Source: an uncultured Rheinheimera sp. (GTDB lineage: Bacteria > Pseudomonadota > Gammaproteobacteria > Enterobacterales > Alteromonadaceae). From it: 50,717 nucleotides of DNA. Location: NCBI GenBank assembly GCA_964511675.1, contig CAZEGA010000001.1, forward strand, positions 1-50,717, in the 5' to 3' direction. Numbering within the stretch: the first letter of the stretch is position 1; every line of letters starts with the position of its first letter. The notes beneath the pieces were generated by a model that did not search any database, was not told the origin of the DNA, and saw only the letters and a list, made by a program, of their open reading frames with translations. The position numbers were made by a program, and so were the translations under genes. Of this stretch, positions 37,200 to 47,788 are shown in pieces.

Positions 37200-38744
37200 T
37201 TAGCTGGTTCGTTTTAGCTGCAATAGCTTAGGTGAAGTTTGCCGGCCTTCGAGCTGGCCGAATTTAATGTAATGCACTAATGGATTAATACCACTACCGG
37301 CGACATCCGGATAATGGCTTAAATACCAGTTGCCATCGAAATCCGGCCCTGGTGCCCGCCCCTCTTTAGCGCCGTATTTAATATAGTGCTCTATCGGGTC
37401 GGCACCGGATTGCTCTACGTCAGGATAACTTTGCAAATACCAGTTGCTGTCAAACAAGGGACAACTGCGCACCAGGCTGATGTCTTTTTGTAGCTGCAGC
37501 TGTTTCTTTTTTGCTGAGCTGCTGAATTTACGCACCGGAGCCATGGCCTTCCAGATAGTGGAATTTTTAACTGTTTTTAATTCTGCCATGGCCTGATGGC
37601 CGGTTAAGCTGGCACCGGCCAGTTGGCGTTGCAGTTTTTCAATCTCGGCCTGCGCTTTTGTCAGCTCGCGCTCGGCTTGTTTTTGCAGCATAGTGGTGTT
37701 GTTTTGTTTTGCCGTAGCATCGCGCAGCGCATTGCTATGGGTTTGTTGTAACTGCAACAGCTGTTGCTGCTTGCTGCTGTTTAGCTCCTGTACCTGCTTC
37801 AGCTCAGTTTCCAGTTGTCTGCTCTGCTGCTGTTGCTGTGCTAACGCTGCATTTTGTTTATCCAGCTCTGCCGCCTGCGCTTTGTATTGCAGGTAATATT
37901 TTTCCAGTTCTTCCTGTACTTGCAACAGCTGCGTTAATAACAGCTCGTTTTCTTCTTTTGTTTGCTTTTCTGCGTTTTGACTCTGGCTTAACTGCAAAGA
38001 CAGCGTATCTTGCCTGGTTTTTTGCTCAGCAACCTCGCGCTGTAACCTGTCCTGTTCAGCCTTTTGCTGCGCCAATTCATGTTGTAATGGTGTAATTTTA
38101 AGCTGCATTTGCTGCTTTTCAGCAAATACCACTTCCAGCTCTTGCTGTACCAGCTCCAGTTGTTGCTGTAGTTGCTGTTGTTGTTGCTGCAACAACGGCA
38201 GCTGAGCACTGTGCTGGTTAAGGGTACGGTATTCGTTTACCCAGTCGGCTATGTTAGTGCCGGCCTGTTCCTGAGTGGGTAAGGTACTGGCTTGTAATAC
38301 ACTGGCCAGTTGCTGATATTCAGGCTGGGCACTAATGGCCGCTGCTGCGACCAAATCTGCCAGTGATGCCGGGGCCGGTGTCAGCTTTGCCAGCAGCGCC
38401 GTTATATCTGCAGCTAAAGCCGCCGTTGGCTGGCTTAGCAGTACGTCATCCAAACATAATAAGCTAAGCTGACGCCGGTAACGCCGCTGCACTGCCAGCA
38501 ACTGGTTTATGTTTTGCTGCCATTGGCTAAGTGCGTCGCTTAACGACAGCTGCGATAACAAAGCAGCAATAATACGTTGCGGCCGGTTATACAACACTAC
38601 CACGCTATCACCGTTGCTCAGGCTATGTACCAGTGCAGCGTTTGTTGCTGCGGGTAACCTGGCGTCGTCTGTTAGCGCCGTATCACTTACTTGTTGCAGC
38701 TGCTGCCAACTGTCGTCACAGCCAAGAAAAAATATCTGCGTCAT
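37200..38744 (-). CDS. Coiled-coil protein with two C-terminal FDxxWYLxxYPDV...HY..G..EGR repeats
   Basis: Gln-rich heptads (ENELLLTQLLQVQEELEKYY), then STIWKAMAPVR and two YPDV repeats of the kind seen in polysaccharide-locus proteins. Confidence 0.75.
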   Translation of the reverse strand: MTQIFFLGCDDSWQQLQQVSDTALTDDARLPAATNAALVHSLSNGDSVVVLYNRPQRIIAALLSQLSLSDALSQWQQNINQLLAVQRRYRRQLSLLCLDDVLLSQPTAALAADITALLAKLTPAPASLADLVAAAAISAQPEYQQLASVLQASTLPTQEQAGTNIADWVNEYRTLNQHSAQLPLLQQQQQQLQQQLELVQQELEVVFAEKQQMQLKITPLQHELAQQKAEQDRLQREVAEQKTRQDTLSLQLSQSQNAEKQTKEENELLLTQLLQVQEELEKYYLQYKAQAAELDKQNAALAQQQQQSRQLETELKQVQELNSSKQQQLLQLQQTHSNALRDATAKQNNTTMLQKQAERELTKAQAEIEKLQRQLAGASLTGHQAMAELKTVKNSTIWKAMAPVRKFSSSAKKKQLQLQKDISLVRSCPLFDSNWYLQSYPDVEQSGADPIEHYIKYGAKEGRAPGPDFDGNWYLSHYPDVAGSGINPLVHYIKFGQLEGRQTSPKLLQLKRTS

Positions 38745-38839
38745 AACCTGCTTTAACCTTACACCCTAAGTTAGGTTTACCTTAGCATGATGCTAAATTA
38801 CCCATAAGTTATTTAATGCCGGGGGCTTATTATGCCAGT

Positions 38840-39385
38840 TCAGTCATACTTGTCAGCCTGATTAAACAAGCTGGCTTGTTGATCTTTTTCTGACAATACC
38901 ACCTGCTGTATTTCTGGCCAACTGATTGCCAGTTGCGGATCGTTCCAGCAAATAGCGCGCTCGTGGCCAGGGGCATAATAATCGGTGGTTTTGTACAACA
39001 CATCAGCGTGTTCTGACAATACCAGAAAACCATGGGCAAATCCGGGCGGTACCCACATTTGCAGCCGGTTTTCCGCCGACAGTATGGCGCCGGTCCACTG
39101 ACCGAACTGTGCTGAGCTGCGCCGCAGATCTACCGCCACATCGTATATTTCGCCCTGTATTACCCGAACCAGTTTACCTTGCGGCTGTTTTAGCTGGTAA
39201 TGCAAACCACGCAGAACACCGTGCGCTGAACGTGACTGGTTATCCTGCACAAAGCGGATGTCCTGGCCGATCAGCTGGTTAAAGCGTTGCTGATTAAAAC
39301 TCTCAAAAAAATGGCCCCGGCTGTCGCCATATACTGTAGGCGTTAGTAGTAATACTTCTGTCAGGGATGTCCTGGTTACCTGCAC
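38840..39385 (-). CDS. rmlC: dTDP-4-dehydrorhamnose 3,5-epimerase
   Basis: DSRGHFFESFN, QDNQS, RGLHYQ and GFAHGF. Confidence 0.96.
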   Translation of the reverse strand: MQVTRTSLTEVLLLTPTVYGDSRGHFFESFNQQRFNQLIGQDIRFVQDNQSRSAHGVLRGLHYQLKQPQGKLVRVIQGEIYDVAVDLRRSSAQFGQWTGAILSAENRLQMWVPPGFAHGFLVLSEHADVLYKTTDYYAPGHERAICWNDPQLAISWPEIQQVVLSEKDQQASLFNQADKYD

Positions 39386-39397
39386 TTTACTGCTCCG

Positions 39398-40276
39398 TTA
39401 TAAACTACTGTCCAGCAAACGGCGCAAGTATTGGCCATAACCGGTTTTGCTGAGTGAACGCGCCAAACGCGCCATGTCTTTATCGCTGATCCAGCCGTTG
39501 CGCCAGGCAATTTCTTCCAAACAGGCTATTTTCAGGCCCTGCCGGTGTTCTATGGTTTGCACATATTGCGACGCTTCCAGCAGAGAATCGTGGGTGCCGG
39601 TATCCAGCCAGGCAAAACCCCGACCGAGTTTTTCTACCTGTAACTTACCCTGCTGCAGGTAAGCATTGTTAACACAGGTGATTTCCAGTTCACCACGCGC
39701 TGAAGGCTTAACCGCTTTGGCAATTTGCACCACGTCATTGTCATAAAAATACAGGCCGGTAACCGCATAGTTTGATTTAGCCACTTTGGGCTTTTCTTCA
39801 ATCGAAATCGCCTTGCCAAACTGGTCAAATTCAACGACACCAAACCGCTCGGGATCTTTGACCATATAACCAAATACAGTAGCACCCTGCTCACGCGCGG
39901 CCGCTTTTAATAACTGGCTGGTAAAATGCTGGCCATGAAAAATGTTATCGCCTAATACCAGACAGACTCTGTCATTGCCGATAAACTGTTCGCCAATAAT
40001 AAACGCCTGTGCCAGACCATCCGGTGATGGCTGTTCGGCATACTCAAACTGCACGCCAAACTGGCTGCCATTGCCCAGCAAATTTTTAAACCCCGGTAAA
40101 TCGGCCGGCGTGCAGATAATTAAAATATCACGGATACCAGCCAGCATTAACACCGAGATCGGATAATAGATCATCGGTTTGTCGTATATGGGTAGCAACT
40201 GCTTGGATACCCCCAGTGTAATAGGGTGTAACCGGCTGCCTGTACCACCGGCCAGCACGATACCTTTTATCGCCAT
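39398..40276 (-). CDS. rmlA: Glucose-1-phosphate thymidylyltransferase
   Basis: [33 protein letters not shown] and WLDTGT. Confidence 0.97.
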   Translation of the reverse strand: MAIKGIVLAGGTGSRLHPITLGVSKQLLPIYDKPMIYYPISVLMLAGIRDILIICTPADLPGFKNLLGNGSQFGVQFEYAEQPSPDGLAQAFIIGEQFIGNDRVCLVLGDNIFHGQHFTSQLLKAAAREQGATVFGYMVKDPERFGVVEFDQFGKAISIEEKPKVAKSNYAVTGLYFYDNDVVQIAKAVKPSARGELEITCVNNAYLQQGKLQVEKLGRGFAWLDTGTHDSLLEASQYVQTIEHRQGLKIACLEEIAWRNGWISDKDMARLARSLSKTGYGQYLRRLLDSSL

Positions 40277-40366
40277 TTTCTTCCTGTTTTACCTGTTTGC
40301 ACCGCCCAAAGGCATTAGTCTACTGTGCTCTATTCATTTGGGCAAATTGCATTACCATGCCTATTA

Positions 40367-41266
40367 CTATGCTTGCTGCTGTGTTAGCCATTGTGAAAAA
40401 GTAAGTTGCAGCTGGCTTTGCCAGTGCGGCAACTGCAAGCCAAAAGTATGCTCCAGTTTGCTGATGTCAAGCCGCGAATTCGCCGGGCGTATTGCCGGCG
40501 TTGGATAATCGCGGGTCGCTATAGCCTTAAATAATTCCGGCTTCAGCTTAAGCGTTATACCCTGCGCCCGCACCAGGCTAAAAATAGCCTCAGCAAAGCC
40601 ATACCAGCTGGTTTGGCCCCGCGGGGCCAAATGATACACACCACTGGGTGTGTCGCCACTGCGCAGCACCTGCTGTAATGCTAACGCGGTTACAACGGCA
40701 ATAAGCCCTGCCGGCGTGGGGGCACCGGTCTGATCAGCCACTACATTTAACGCCTCGCGGCTTTGCGCCAGTTTAAGCATGGTAAGCATAAAGTTATTAC
40801 CACGTGCGGCATACACCCAGCTGGTGCGGAAAATCAGAAACTTATCTGTATTCTGCATGACTGCTAAATCACCTGCCAGCTTACTTTTGCCGTAAACCGA
40901 CAGCGGGCCGGTGCTGTCAGTTTCTTGCCAGGGAATATCACCGGTACCCGGGTACACATAGTCACTGGAATAGTGCACTAACCAGGCATTATGCTGCTTA
41001 GCCACGCAGGCCAGCGCAGCAGGCAGGCTGGCATTTAATAAAAATGCGGCCTCGCGCCCGGTTTCGGCTTTATCTACGGCAGTCCAGGCGGCGGCATTAA
41101 CAATAATATCCGGCATTAATGCCGCCACTTTGGCCGTTACGGCCGGGGTGTCGGCAAAATCAACCTCATTGCGGCTTAAGGTATGTAGCTGCCCCAGCGG
41201 TGCCAGGGTGCGCAGCAGTTCAAAACCGACCTGGCCGCCGGGTGCCAGTAACACTATGTTACGCAT
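40367..41266 (-). CDS. rmlD: dTDP-4-dehydrorhamnose reductase
   Basis: [29 protein letters not shown] and [10 protein letters not shown]. Start at ATG 41266. Confidence 0.95.
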   Translation of the reverse strand: MRNIVLLAPGGQVGFELLRTLAPLGQLHTLSRNEVDFADTPAVTAKVAALMPDIIVNAAAWTAVDKAETGREAAFLLNASLPAALACVAKQHNAWLVHYSSDYVYPGTGDIPWQETDSTGPLSVYGKSKLAGDLAVMQNTDKFLIFRTSWVYAARGNNFMLTMLKLAQSREALNVVADQTGAPTPAGLIAVVTALALQQVLRSGDTPSGVYHLAPRGQTSWYGFAEAIFSLVRAQGITLKLKPELFKAIATRDYPTPAIRPANSRLDISKLEHTFGLQLPHWQSQLQLTFSQWLTQQQA

Positions 41267-42326
41267 CTGCTTTACCTGCCTGCTGGTAACTGCCATCCAG
41301 GATAGCCTGCCACCAGTTGCGGTTATCCAAGTACCATTGCACCGTTTTACGCAAACCAGTGTTGAAGGTTTCCTGTGGCAGCCAGCCCAGCTCGCGCTCA
41401 ATTTTGCCGGCGTCTATGGCATAGCGCACATCATGCCCGGGCCGGTCGGTTACATAGGTAATCAGGTCGGTATACTGGCTAATACCCGTTGGTTTATTGG
41501 GAGCTAATTCTTCTAACAAGGCACATAAGGTATGCACTACTTCGATATTTTGCTTCTCGTTATGGCCACCAATATTGTAGGTTTCGCCAATAACCCCGCT
41601 GCTAGCTACACACACCAGGGCGCGGGCGTGGTCTTCTACATACAGCCAGTCACGTATTTGTTTGCCATCGCCGTACACCGGCAACGGTTTACCAGATAGC
41701 GCGTTTAAAATCGTCAGCGGAATGAGTTTTTCCGGAAAATGAAACGGGCCATAGTTATTTGAACAGTTGGTCACTACAGTGGGTAAGCCAAAAGTACGTA
41801 ACCAGGCCCGGACTAAATGGTCTGAACCGGCCTTGCTGGCTGAATACGGGCTACTGGGGGCATAAGGTGTGCTTTCGGTAAACAAGTCGTCTGTGCCATG
41901 CAAATCGCCGTATACTTCATCGGTAGAAATATGATGAAAGCGAAACGTAGCTTTTTTCTCAGCCGGCAACACACTCCAGTAGGCTCGTGCTGCCTCAAGC
42001 AAAGTGTAAGTACCCACGATATTGGTCTGGATAAAATCAGCAGGCCCGTTTATAGACCTGTCTACATGGCTTTCTGCCGCCAGATGCATGACCACATCGG
42101 GTTGATACTGCGCAAAAAGTGCGGCCATAGCGGTACTATCGCAAATATCGGCCCGGGCAAAATGGTAACGTGCCGAGTGGGCAATGCTCTGTAACGAGGC
42201 CAGGTTGCCGGCATAAGTTAACTTGTCGACATTTACCACTGTGTGTGCTGTATCGTTAATTAAGTGCCGCACCACCGCAGAACCAATAAAACCGGCACCA
42301 CCGGTGACTAAAAACGTTTTCGTCAT
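41259..42326 (-). CDS. rmlB: dTDP-glucose 4,6-dehydratase
   Basis: [32 protein letters not shown] and DRPGHD. Confidence 0.97.
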   Translation of the reverse strand: MTKTFLVTGGAGFIGSAVVRHLINDTAHTVVNVDKLTYAGNLASLQSIAHSARYHFARADICDSTAMAALFAQYQPDVVMHLAAESHVDRSINGPADFIQTNIVGTYTLLEAARAYWSVLPAEKKATFRFHHISTDEVYGDLHGTDDLFTESTPYAPSSPYSASKAGSDHLVRAWLRTFGLPTVVTNCSNNYGPFHFPEKLIPLTILNALSGKPLPVYGDGKQIRDWLYVEDHARALVCVASSGVIGETYNIGGHNEKQNIEVVHTLCALLEELAPNKPTGISQYTDLITYVTDRPGHDVRYAIDAGKIERELGWLPQETFNTGLRKTVQWYLDNRNWWQAILDGSYQQAGKADA

Positions 42327-43465
42327 AATGTCTGGCTGTTCTCCAACGACAACGCCTGGATAATGGTCTGGTTAATCTTACGCACGTCGTATTTCTGCTC
42401 GGCCAGTTTACGGCTGCACCTGCCCATTTGTTCAGCCAGGCCTGGTTGGCTGATCAGTTGCTGCATAGCAGCAACCAGGGCATGCACATCGTGTGGTGGC
42501 ACCAGTAAGCCGTTGTCATTATGTATAACCGTTTCACGGCAACCTGGCACATTAGTGGTAATAATGGCCAAACCTGAGGCCATAGCCTCCTGCGTACTGC
42601 GCGGCACCCCTTCACGGTAATAAGAGGGTAATACAAACACATGCGACTGACGTAAATACTCTGCCACATTACGCACCCGGCCCGGATACGAGATAATCCC
42701 CTGCTCTACCAGTTGCAGTAACTGGGTACGGTTAATAGCACCGGGGGAGTTATCCGGCTCGCCCAGCACAACAAACTCTGCCGCCGCTCCCTGTTGGCGC
42801 AGTATTGTTGCCGCGTCAATAAAATAGCCGATGCCTTTTTCTGCCAGTAACCGGCCAACAAAAATGAACCTGAGGCTCCCTGTTGGCGTAAATGGCTGAT
42901 AATCTGTCAGGTTAATACCTATACCACCAAGATTAATACAGCGCGGCACCCTGATATTGTTTGCCCGGATTAAATCTCTTTCATCGTCAGGGTTTAATAC
43001 AAACACCGTATCGCAGCAGGGTAATGCCAGCCGGTACAATTGGGTCTGCACCCAACGCAGCAGCTTTGCCCTGTTGGTATCGCCACTGGCCGGAACGGTG
43101 AAAATACGCCCTAACCCTTCTATTTTGGCCACCCGCCGGGGCACACCTGCCAGCCGCGCGGCCAGGCTGCCAAAAATAACCGGTTTGGCAAAATAACAAA
43201 AACTCAGATCAATACGATGCTTTTTGTACAACCTGATCAGCTGCAGCAGGGTATAACAGTCTTGCAGCGGGTTCATGCCAAAGCGGCTGATAGGGTAAGA
43301 CACAGGTATAGCCCCCAGCGCAGATATCGCCTGGCGGGTTCTGTCGGTGTAATCGCCGGCAAAAGCGAACACTTTGTGTCCTTGTGCCACAAGATCTTTT
43401 ATCAGTTCGGCGCGAAAACCCAGTTTCGCATCTGCCGTTGTGCCAACCAGAGCAATATGTTGCAA
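42323..43465 (-). CDS. GT4 family glycosyltransferase (CapM-like)
   Basis: [18 protein letters not shown] and [20 protein letters not shown]. Confidence 0.9.
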   Translation of the reverse strand: MQHIALVGTTADAKLGFRAELIKDLVAQGHKVFAFAGDYTDRTRQAISALGAIPVSYPISRFGMNPLQDCYTLLQLIRLYKKHRIDLSFCYFAKPVIFGSLAARLAGVPRRVAKIEGLGRIFTVPASGDTNRAKLLRWVQTQLYRLALPCCDTVFVLNPDDERDLIRANNIRVPRCINLGGIGINLTDYQPFTPTGSLRFIFVGRLLAEKGIGYFIDAATILRQQGAAAEFVVLGEPDNSPGAINRTQLLQLVEQGIISYPGRVRNVAEYLRQSHVFVLPSYYREGVPRSTQEAMASGLAIITTNVPGCRETVIHNDNGLLVPPHDVHALVAAMQQLISQPGLAEQMGRCSRKLAEQKYDVRKINQTIIQALSLENSQTL

Positions 43466-43479
43466 GCTTAGTCCTTCGC

Positions 43480-45258
43480 TTAAGATGGTTTAACCAACAA
43501 ATTTACCACCAGACGTAACAGGCGGCGCCCGGCGTCTGCAAAGGTGAAATGCTGTTGTTTTCGCATTGATGACAACTCTTTAAGGCTGTTTTCCGCTGAA
43601 GTATAACAGCCGGTCAGTGCTGAAACATAGACCGGATATAATATCAGTGCAGCAGCGACCAGCTGCGGCAAGGTCAGAGTACGCTGACGGCGCAACTGTG
43701 GCACCTCGTCATATGTCAGCCCCCAGCCGGCATAAAACGGCCGGCCATAGCAATATACCGGTATACCGCGCAGCAAGGCCTCAAAACCGGTTAATGAGGT
43801 CAGTACATGCACTTCGTCTACCTGTGTCAGTAACTGCGCCATACCAATATCAGTGATAATTTCATCACAATACTCTGCCGCCTGTTGTTCGCCCTCACCC
43901 GTAGCCCTGGCTTTGGCGACCACATCCGGATGCGGTTTGTACAGCAGGTAAGCGTCTGGCCGTTGCTGGCGTACCGCCTTAAGCAGGGCCAGATTGTGGC
44001 GGATATCTGCTGCGCCATAACGAATTGAGGCATCAGATTCTACCTGCCCCGGCACCAGTATCACCTGGCGGTCAGGCGGACGCTGCCATTGCCCGCTGCC
44101 GGTATTGTATTTGGTGATCTGTGCCAGCACGATCTCATGCTGCAATGCTGCCGCACGTTGTAGCAAAGCTTCGCTGAACTCAGCCTGATTGCACAGCTGC
44201 TCCAGCTCGCTCTGGCAGCTACTGTCAAAATAAATGCCGTAGCGGTCGAACACCCAGGACACAGGCGGCACAAACTGCGCACCTAACCCCACAGAGCGGA
44301 TAAAACCGTCTTCCACCCTGAGCACCTTTACCCCGGCCGCTAATGCCGCATCGGGCTCACGCCGCCCCCATAACACTATATGCCCGCCAGGGGGTACCTG
44401 GCGGCTGTAGCGGATAAAACGGATGCTGCTGTAAGGCGCAAAGCGGCGCATAACCGGGCGCCACAGCCGGGCCATTCTATGCACATACAGTGTTGCCGGC
44501 AGCCGGCTGAGCTGCTGCTGCTGCATGCCAAGCCAGTTAAACAACTCGCTGACAGAGGCATGGCTGGCTTCCGGCAGCTGTACCGCAGCATGCACCTGCC
44601 ATAACTGGTGCACCAGACGCTCCAGCATGGCCTGACGCTCATCGCCGCTGCTGTTGCACAAGGCAGTAAAGACCGAGGCATGGCTTTGCTGCACATCCCG
44701 CCCGGCCAGAATAGCTTCCAGGGTAAACCAGCCGCCATCGCTGATAATGGCGTCTGCCTGGCGAAATAACCCGGCAGGATGGCCCGTACTGATAAACTGC
44801 AGGTGTAACAACGGCCAGTTGCGCTTAATCCGGTACTGCTGCAAGCGGCTGATGGCGTTAACACTGTACAGCACCAGTTGCTTACTGAACTTGGCCGGGC
44901 TGTCCTGCCAGTCACCGGCACCACCACCAATAGCCAGCGCAATCAGCTGGTGTATGACACTGTCGGTTTGCCGGTGCACTAACAGCAGCGAAAAGCAGTC
45001 AGCGCCTGGCGCAAGTTGTACTTGTGCCGGATGCCCCAGCCGGGCAGACAACCCCAGCTGCTGCCATTGGCCAATCAGGCTGCAGGCCTGCTGGTGGTGC
45101 TGGTTATTGATAGGATGATACAGTTCGGTACGCTGTGCCGGTGTTAACCGGTGCTGTAATACCGCTATGCTGCCACTGGCGCTGGCACAATGCAGCACCT
45201 TCTGCGGTAAACTGATATAAAATGCCGTTTCACCGGCAGCCGGCTTACTGTTAGTCAC
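43480..45258 (-). CDS. kpsC: Capsular polysaccharide export protein KpsC (beta-Kdo transferase family)
   Basis: VEDGFIRSVGLG, ITKYN, PGQVESDASI, YKPHPD, TSLTGFEALLRG and PFYAGWGLT. Confidence 0.9.
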   Translation of the reverse strand: MTNSKPAAGETAFYISLPQKVLHCASASGSIAVLQHRLTPAQRTELYHPINNQHHQQACSLIGQWQQLGLSARLGHPAQVQLAPGADCFSLLLVHRQTDSVIHQLIALAIGGGAGDWQDSPAKFSKQLVLYSVNAISRLQQYRIKRNWPLLHLQFISTGHPAGLFRQADAIISDGGWFTLEAILAGRDVQQSHASVFTALCNSSGDERQAMLERLVHQLWQVHAAVQLPEASHASVSELFNWLGMQQQQLSRLPATLYVHRMARLWRPVMRRFAPYSSIRFIRYSRQVPPGGHIVLWGRREPDAALAAGVKVLRVEDGFIRSVGLGAQFVPPVSWVFDRYGIYFDSSCQSELEQLCNQAEFSEALLQRAAALQHEIVLAQITKYNTGSGQWQRPPDRQVILVPGQVESDASIRYGAADIRHNLALLKAVRQQRPDAYLLYKPHPDVVAKARATGEGEQQAAEYCDEIITDIGMAQLLTQVDEVHVLTSLTGFEALLRGIPVYCYGRPFYAGWGLTYDEVPQLRRQRTLTLPQLVAAALILYPVYVSALTGCYTSAENSLKELSSMRKQQHFTFADAGRRLLRLVVNLLVKPS

Positions 45259-46333
45259 GGTGATCCCGGATAATCAGTAACAACAGATGAATAATACCCG
45301 CCAGCAACAGCGTCATAATAATAAACACTATGCTGTTTTTCAGCCGTTTGGGTTCAACCGCATATTCCGGCAAGGTCGGATACTGCAGTACCGACACCTG
45401 TTTTAATTTACGTGATGCCTCAATACGGGTGTTTTCCAGGGCAATTAGCGTATTGGAATACAACTCCAGTGCAAATTTGGCCCGCAGCACTATGGTTTCA
45501 TATTCAGCGGAGATCCGGTTCAGTGCCTGGCCATCATTAGCCGCCAGGCGGTTTTGCTCCAGTACGATCTGTTGCTTTAACGCCGCAATTTCGGCATTAA
45601 GCCGTTTTAGCTCAGGCGACATTGCACTCTGGTAACTGAGCGCCGCTGTACGCTGTGCTTCGGTCAGCGCCAGCTGCGCCTCCAGCCGGGCAACTATCGC
45701 AGCAATGCTTTCTACTGCGGCGGTGGGCGAGACCAAACCATGCTGGTTCTGGTACGCCAGCAGTTCTTCGCGGGCACTGAGCAGGCGTTGATTCAGAATG
45801 TCGACCTGGCCTTCAATAAAACGCACCTGCTCTTCTGCCAGACGTCGTCCCATATCGTTCATATGGGCTTCACCTTCCTGCAGCAGCGCATCAGCAATGG
45901 CTTTTGCCTTTTGTGGTGAATAAGCCGCCACACGAATACGTAATAAACCGGCATAATCGTCAAACACCACGCTAATGCGCTTTTTATAATACTGATGAAA
46001 ATGCTCTATGGCATCGTCGGCATCCAGCCGGCTCAGCCAGTCTATATCACTCTGGCTGTAGTGCTCGCGCAGCTGCAGGCTGGCGTCGAGTTTTTTCAGC
46101 ATATCCACAGACAACAGATGATCCTTTAGCAACAGCAGGTCGGCCGAACCGCTGGTGCCGGAAAGCAGCGAGGTAAAATTAAATGAACTGGGTGCCAGTT
46201 CCGGTGATTCCAGCACGATATTCGCCTCGGATACATAGCGATCTGTCGCCAGAACGCCCCAGTAAAACAAGGCAGCAGCACAAGCTGCAGTAGCGACGAC
46301 CCAATGTGCTTTTGCTTTTAGTTTTTGTTTCAT
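45251..46333 (-). CDS. kpsE: Capsule export inner-membrane protein (PCP-3)
   Basis: Two terminal TM helices around a periplasmic coiled coil; ends IRDHRD. Confidence 0.9.
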   Translation of the reverse strand: MKQKLKAKAHWVVATAACAAALFYWGVLATDRYVSEANIVLESPELAPSSFNFTSLLSGTSGSADLLLLKDHLLSVDMLKKLDASLQLREHYSQSDIDWLSRLDADDAIEHFHQYYKKRISVVFDDYAGLLRIRVAAYSPQKAKAIADALLQEGEAHMNDMGRRLAEEQVRFIEGQVDILNQRLLSAREELLAYQNQHGLVSPTAAVESIAAIVARLEAQLALTEAQRTAALSYQSAMSPELKRLNAEIAALKQQIVLEQNRLAANDGQALNRISAEYETIVLRAKFALELYSNTLIALENTRIEASRKLKQVSVLQYPTLPEYAVEPKRLKNSIVFIIMTLLLAGIIHLLLLIIRDHRD

Positions 46334-46992
46334 TTACCAATACTCTTGTGATACGCCGTGATCGCCTCGTCTAAAGCGTCAAACCAGTAAGCACGGCCTT
46401 GATGCAACCACAAGCCGGCCTGACATAAATCCTGCAATATGCCGGTGCTGTGCGACACCATAACAATGCTGCTTTTACCCATTCTGGCGCGAAACGCCTC
46501 TGTTGCTTTATCCCTGAATGCGGCATCCCCGACACTGGTGGCCTCGTCAGACAGGTAAACATCAAAATCAAATGCCAGTGACAAGCCAAATGCCAGCCGG
46601 CTTTTCATACCACTGGAATAGGTTGCCAATGGCTGCTCAAACGCCCGGCCAATTTCAGCAAAATCCTGCACAAAATCAATAATACGGGCCATATCGGCTT
46701 CGCCGCCGTTCACCCTGGCGACAAACTTCACGTTTTGCCGCCCGGTCATATTGCTCTGAAAGCCACCGCCCAGGCCAATGGGCCATGATACCCGGCAGTT
46801 ACGCTGAATTTCGCCTTTGTCCGGGCTGTCCATGCCGGCCAGCATGCGCAGCAGTGTGGATTTACCCGCACCGTTACGCCCCAGTACCCCGACACTGGTG
46901 GCCGCGGGTATGCTAAAGCTGACATCCTGCAACACCCAGTCGCCGCCGTGCAGGCCGTGGTAACGCTTATATAGGTTGGCAACTTCGATCAT
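46330..46992 (-). CDS. kpsT: Capsule ABC transporter ATP-binding protein
   Basis: GRNGAGKST, YSSGM, LSDE and VSH; no C-terminal carbohydrate-binding extension. Confidence 0.93.
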   Translation of the reverse strand: MIEVANLYKRYHGLHGGDWVLQDVSFSIPAATSVGVLGRNGAGKSTLLRMLAGMDSPDKGEIQRNCRVSWPIGLGGGFQSNMTGRQNVKFVARVNGGEADMARIIDFVQDFAEIGRAFEQPLATYSSGMKSRLAFGLSLAFDFDVYLSDEATSVGDAAFRDKATEAFRARMGKSSIVMVSHSTGILQDLCQAGLWLHQGRAYWFDALDEAITAYHKSIGK

Positions 46993-47783
46993 TTGGCAAT
47001 TAACCTGATTCGGTAATGCAGATGCAGCATCAGCCCCAGAAACAAGCAGCCCAGAACCCAGTAGCCCATATAGATTAAATCAATACCGGCAATGGAATGG
47101 TAATGCTCAAAAAACTGATAACGCAGTGACTCTATACCGTGGACTACCGGGTTAAGCAGCAGGTAGGGGTGCAAGGCATGCGGTAAAAACTGCAGCGGGA
47201 TCATCACACCGGATAAAAAATACAGCGGCAGCATAATCAGACCGACGACTTTTTCTGTTTCCGGCAAAATGGTATTTAACACTGACAGGACTATACCGGC
47301 GCCGGTCCCCAGCAGCCAGATAAAGCCCCATATCGCAATAACCCCAAGCACATTGTGCGGCAGTATATGGTATTCAAGTACAGTGGCGCCGGCCACGATA
47401 AGCAGCAACACCAGCGTTTTCAGCAGACCTTCAATAAAACAGCGCACCAATACCGCGTCCAGCGGTTGTACCTGGCGATAGGCAAACAGGGCTTTATTGC
47501 CATTAATAGCGCCCATAGAACGGGTAATGGCCTGGCGGAACAGGAAGAACCCCATCATGCCGACAATAAACCAGGGCACAAACTCTGCCCCCGGAATAAC
47601 ACGTATCCGCCCCATCAACTGACGGATCGCGACAAAGAGCACTATATGCAAAATAGGCTCCAGCAGCAGCCAGACCCAACCCAACCGATCAGACGAAATA
47701 CGCGACACTATTTCGCGCAAAAACATGGCCCGCCACACATCCAGTGTCACTTGCCATGAGCTGCGGTTGGCTTGTATTTGCAT
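46989..47783 (-). CDS. kpsM: Capsule ABC transporter permease
   Basis: LGWVWLLLEP, LFAYRQV and NPVVHGIE; about six TM segments. Confidence 0.92.
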   Translation of the reverse strand: MQIQANRSSWQVTLDVWRAMFLREIVSRISSDRLGWVWLLLEPILHIVLFVAIRQLMGRIRVIPGAEFVPWFIVGMMGFFLFRQAITRSMGAINGNKALFAYRQVQPLDAVLVRCFIEGLLKTLVLLLIVAGATVLEYHILPHNVLGVIAIWGFIWLLGTGAGIVLSVLNTILPETEKVVGLIMLPLYFLSGVMIPLQFLPHALHPYLLLNPVVHGIESLRYQFFEHYHSIAGIDLIYMGYWVLGCLFLGLMLHLHYRIRLIAK

Positions 47784-47788
47784 CAGGC

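Noticed and set aside
38150..38200. CAG/CAA-rich run as a contingency microsatellite
   Set aside because: Mixed codons encoding poly-Gln in a coiled coil, not a pure repeat.
40300..40345. GCCCAAA/TTTGGGC inverted repeat between rmlD and rmlA
   Set aside because: A 7-bp stem with a long loop; insufficient support.
41267..41401. N-terminal extension of rmlD
   Set aside because: It overlaps rmlB; the Rossmann motif begins at ATG 41266.
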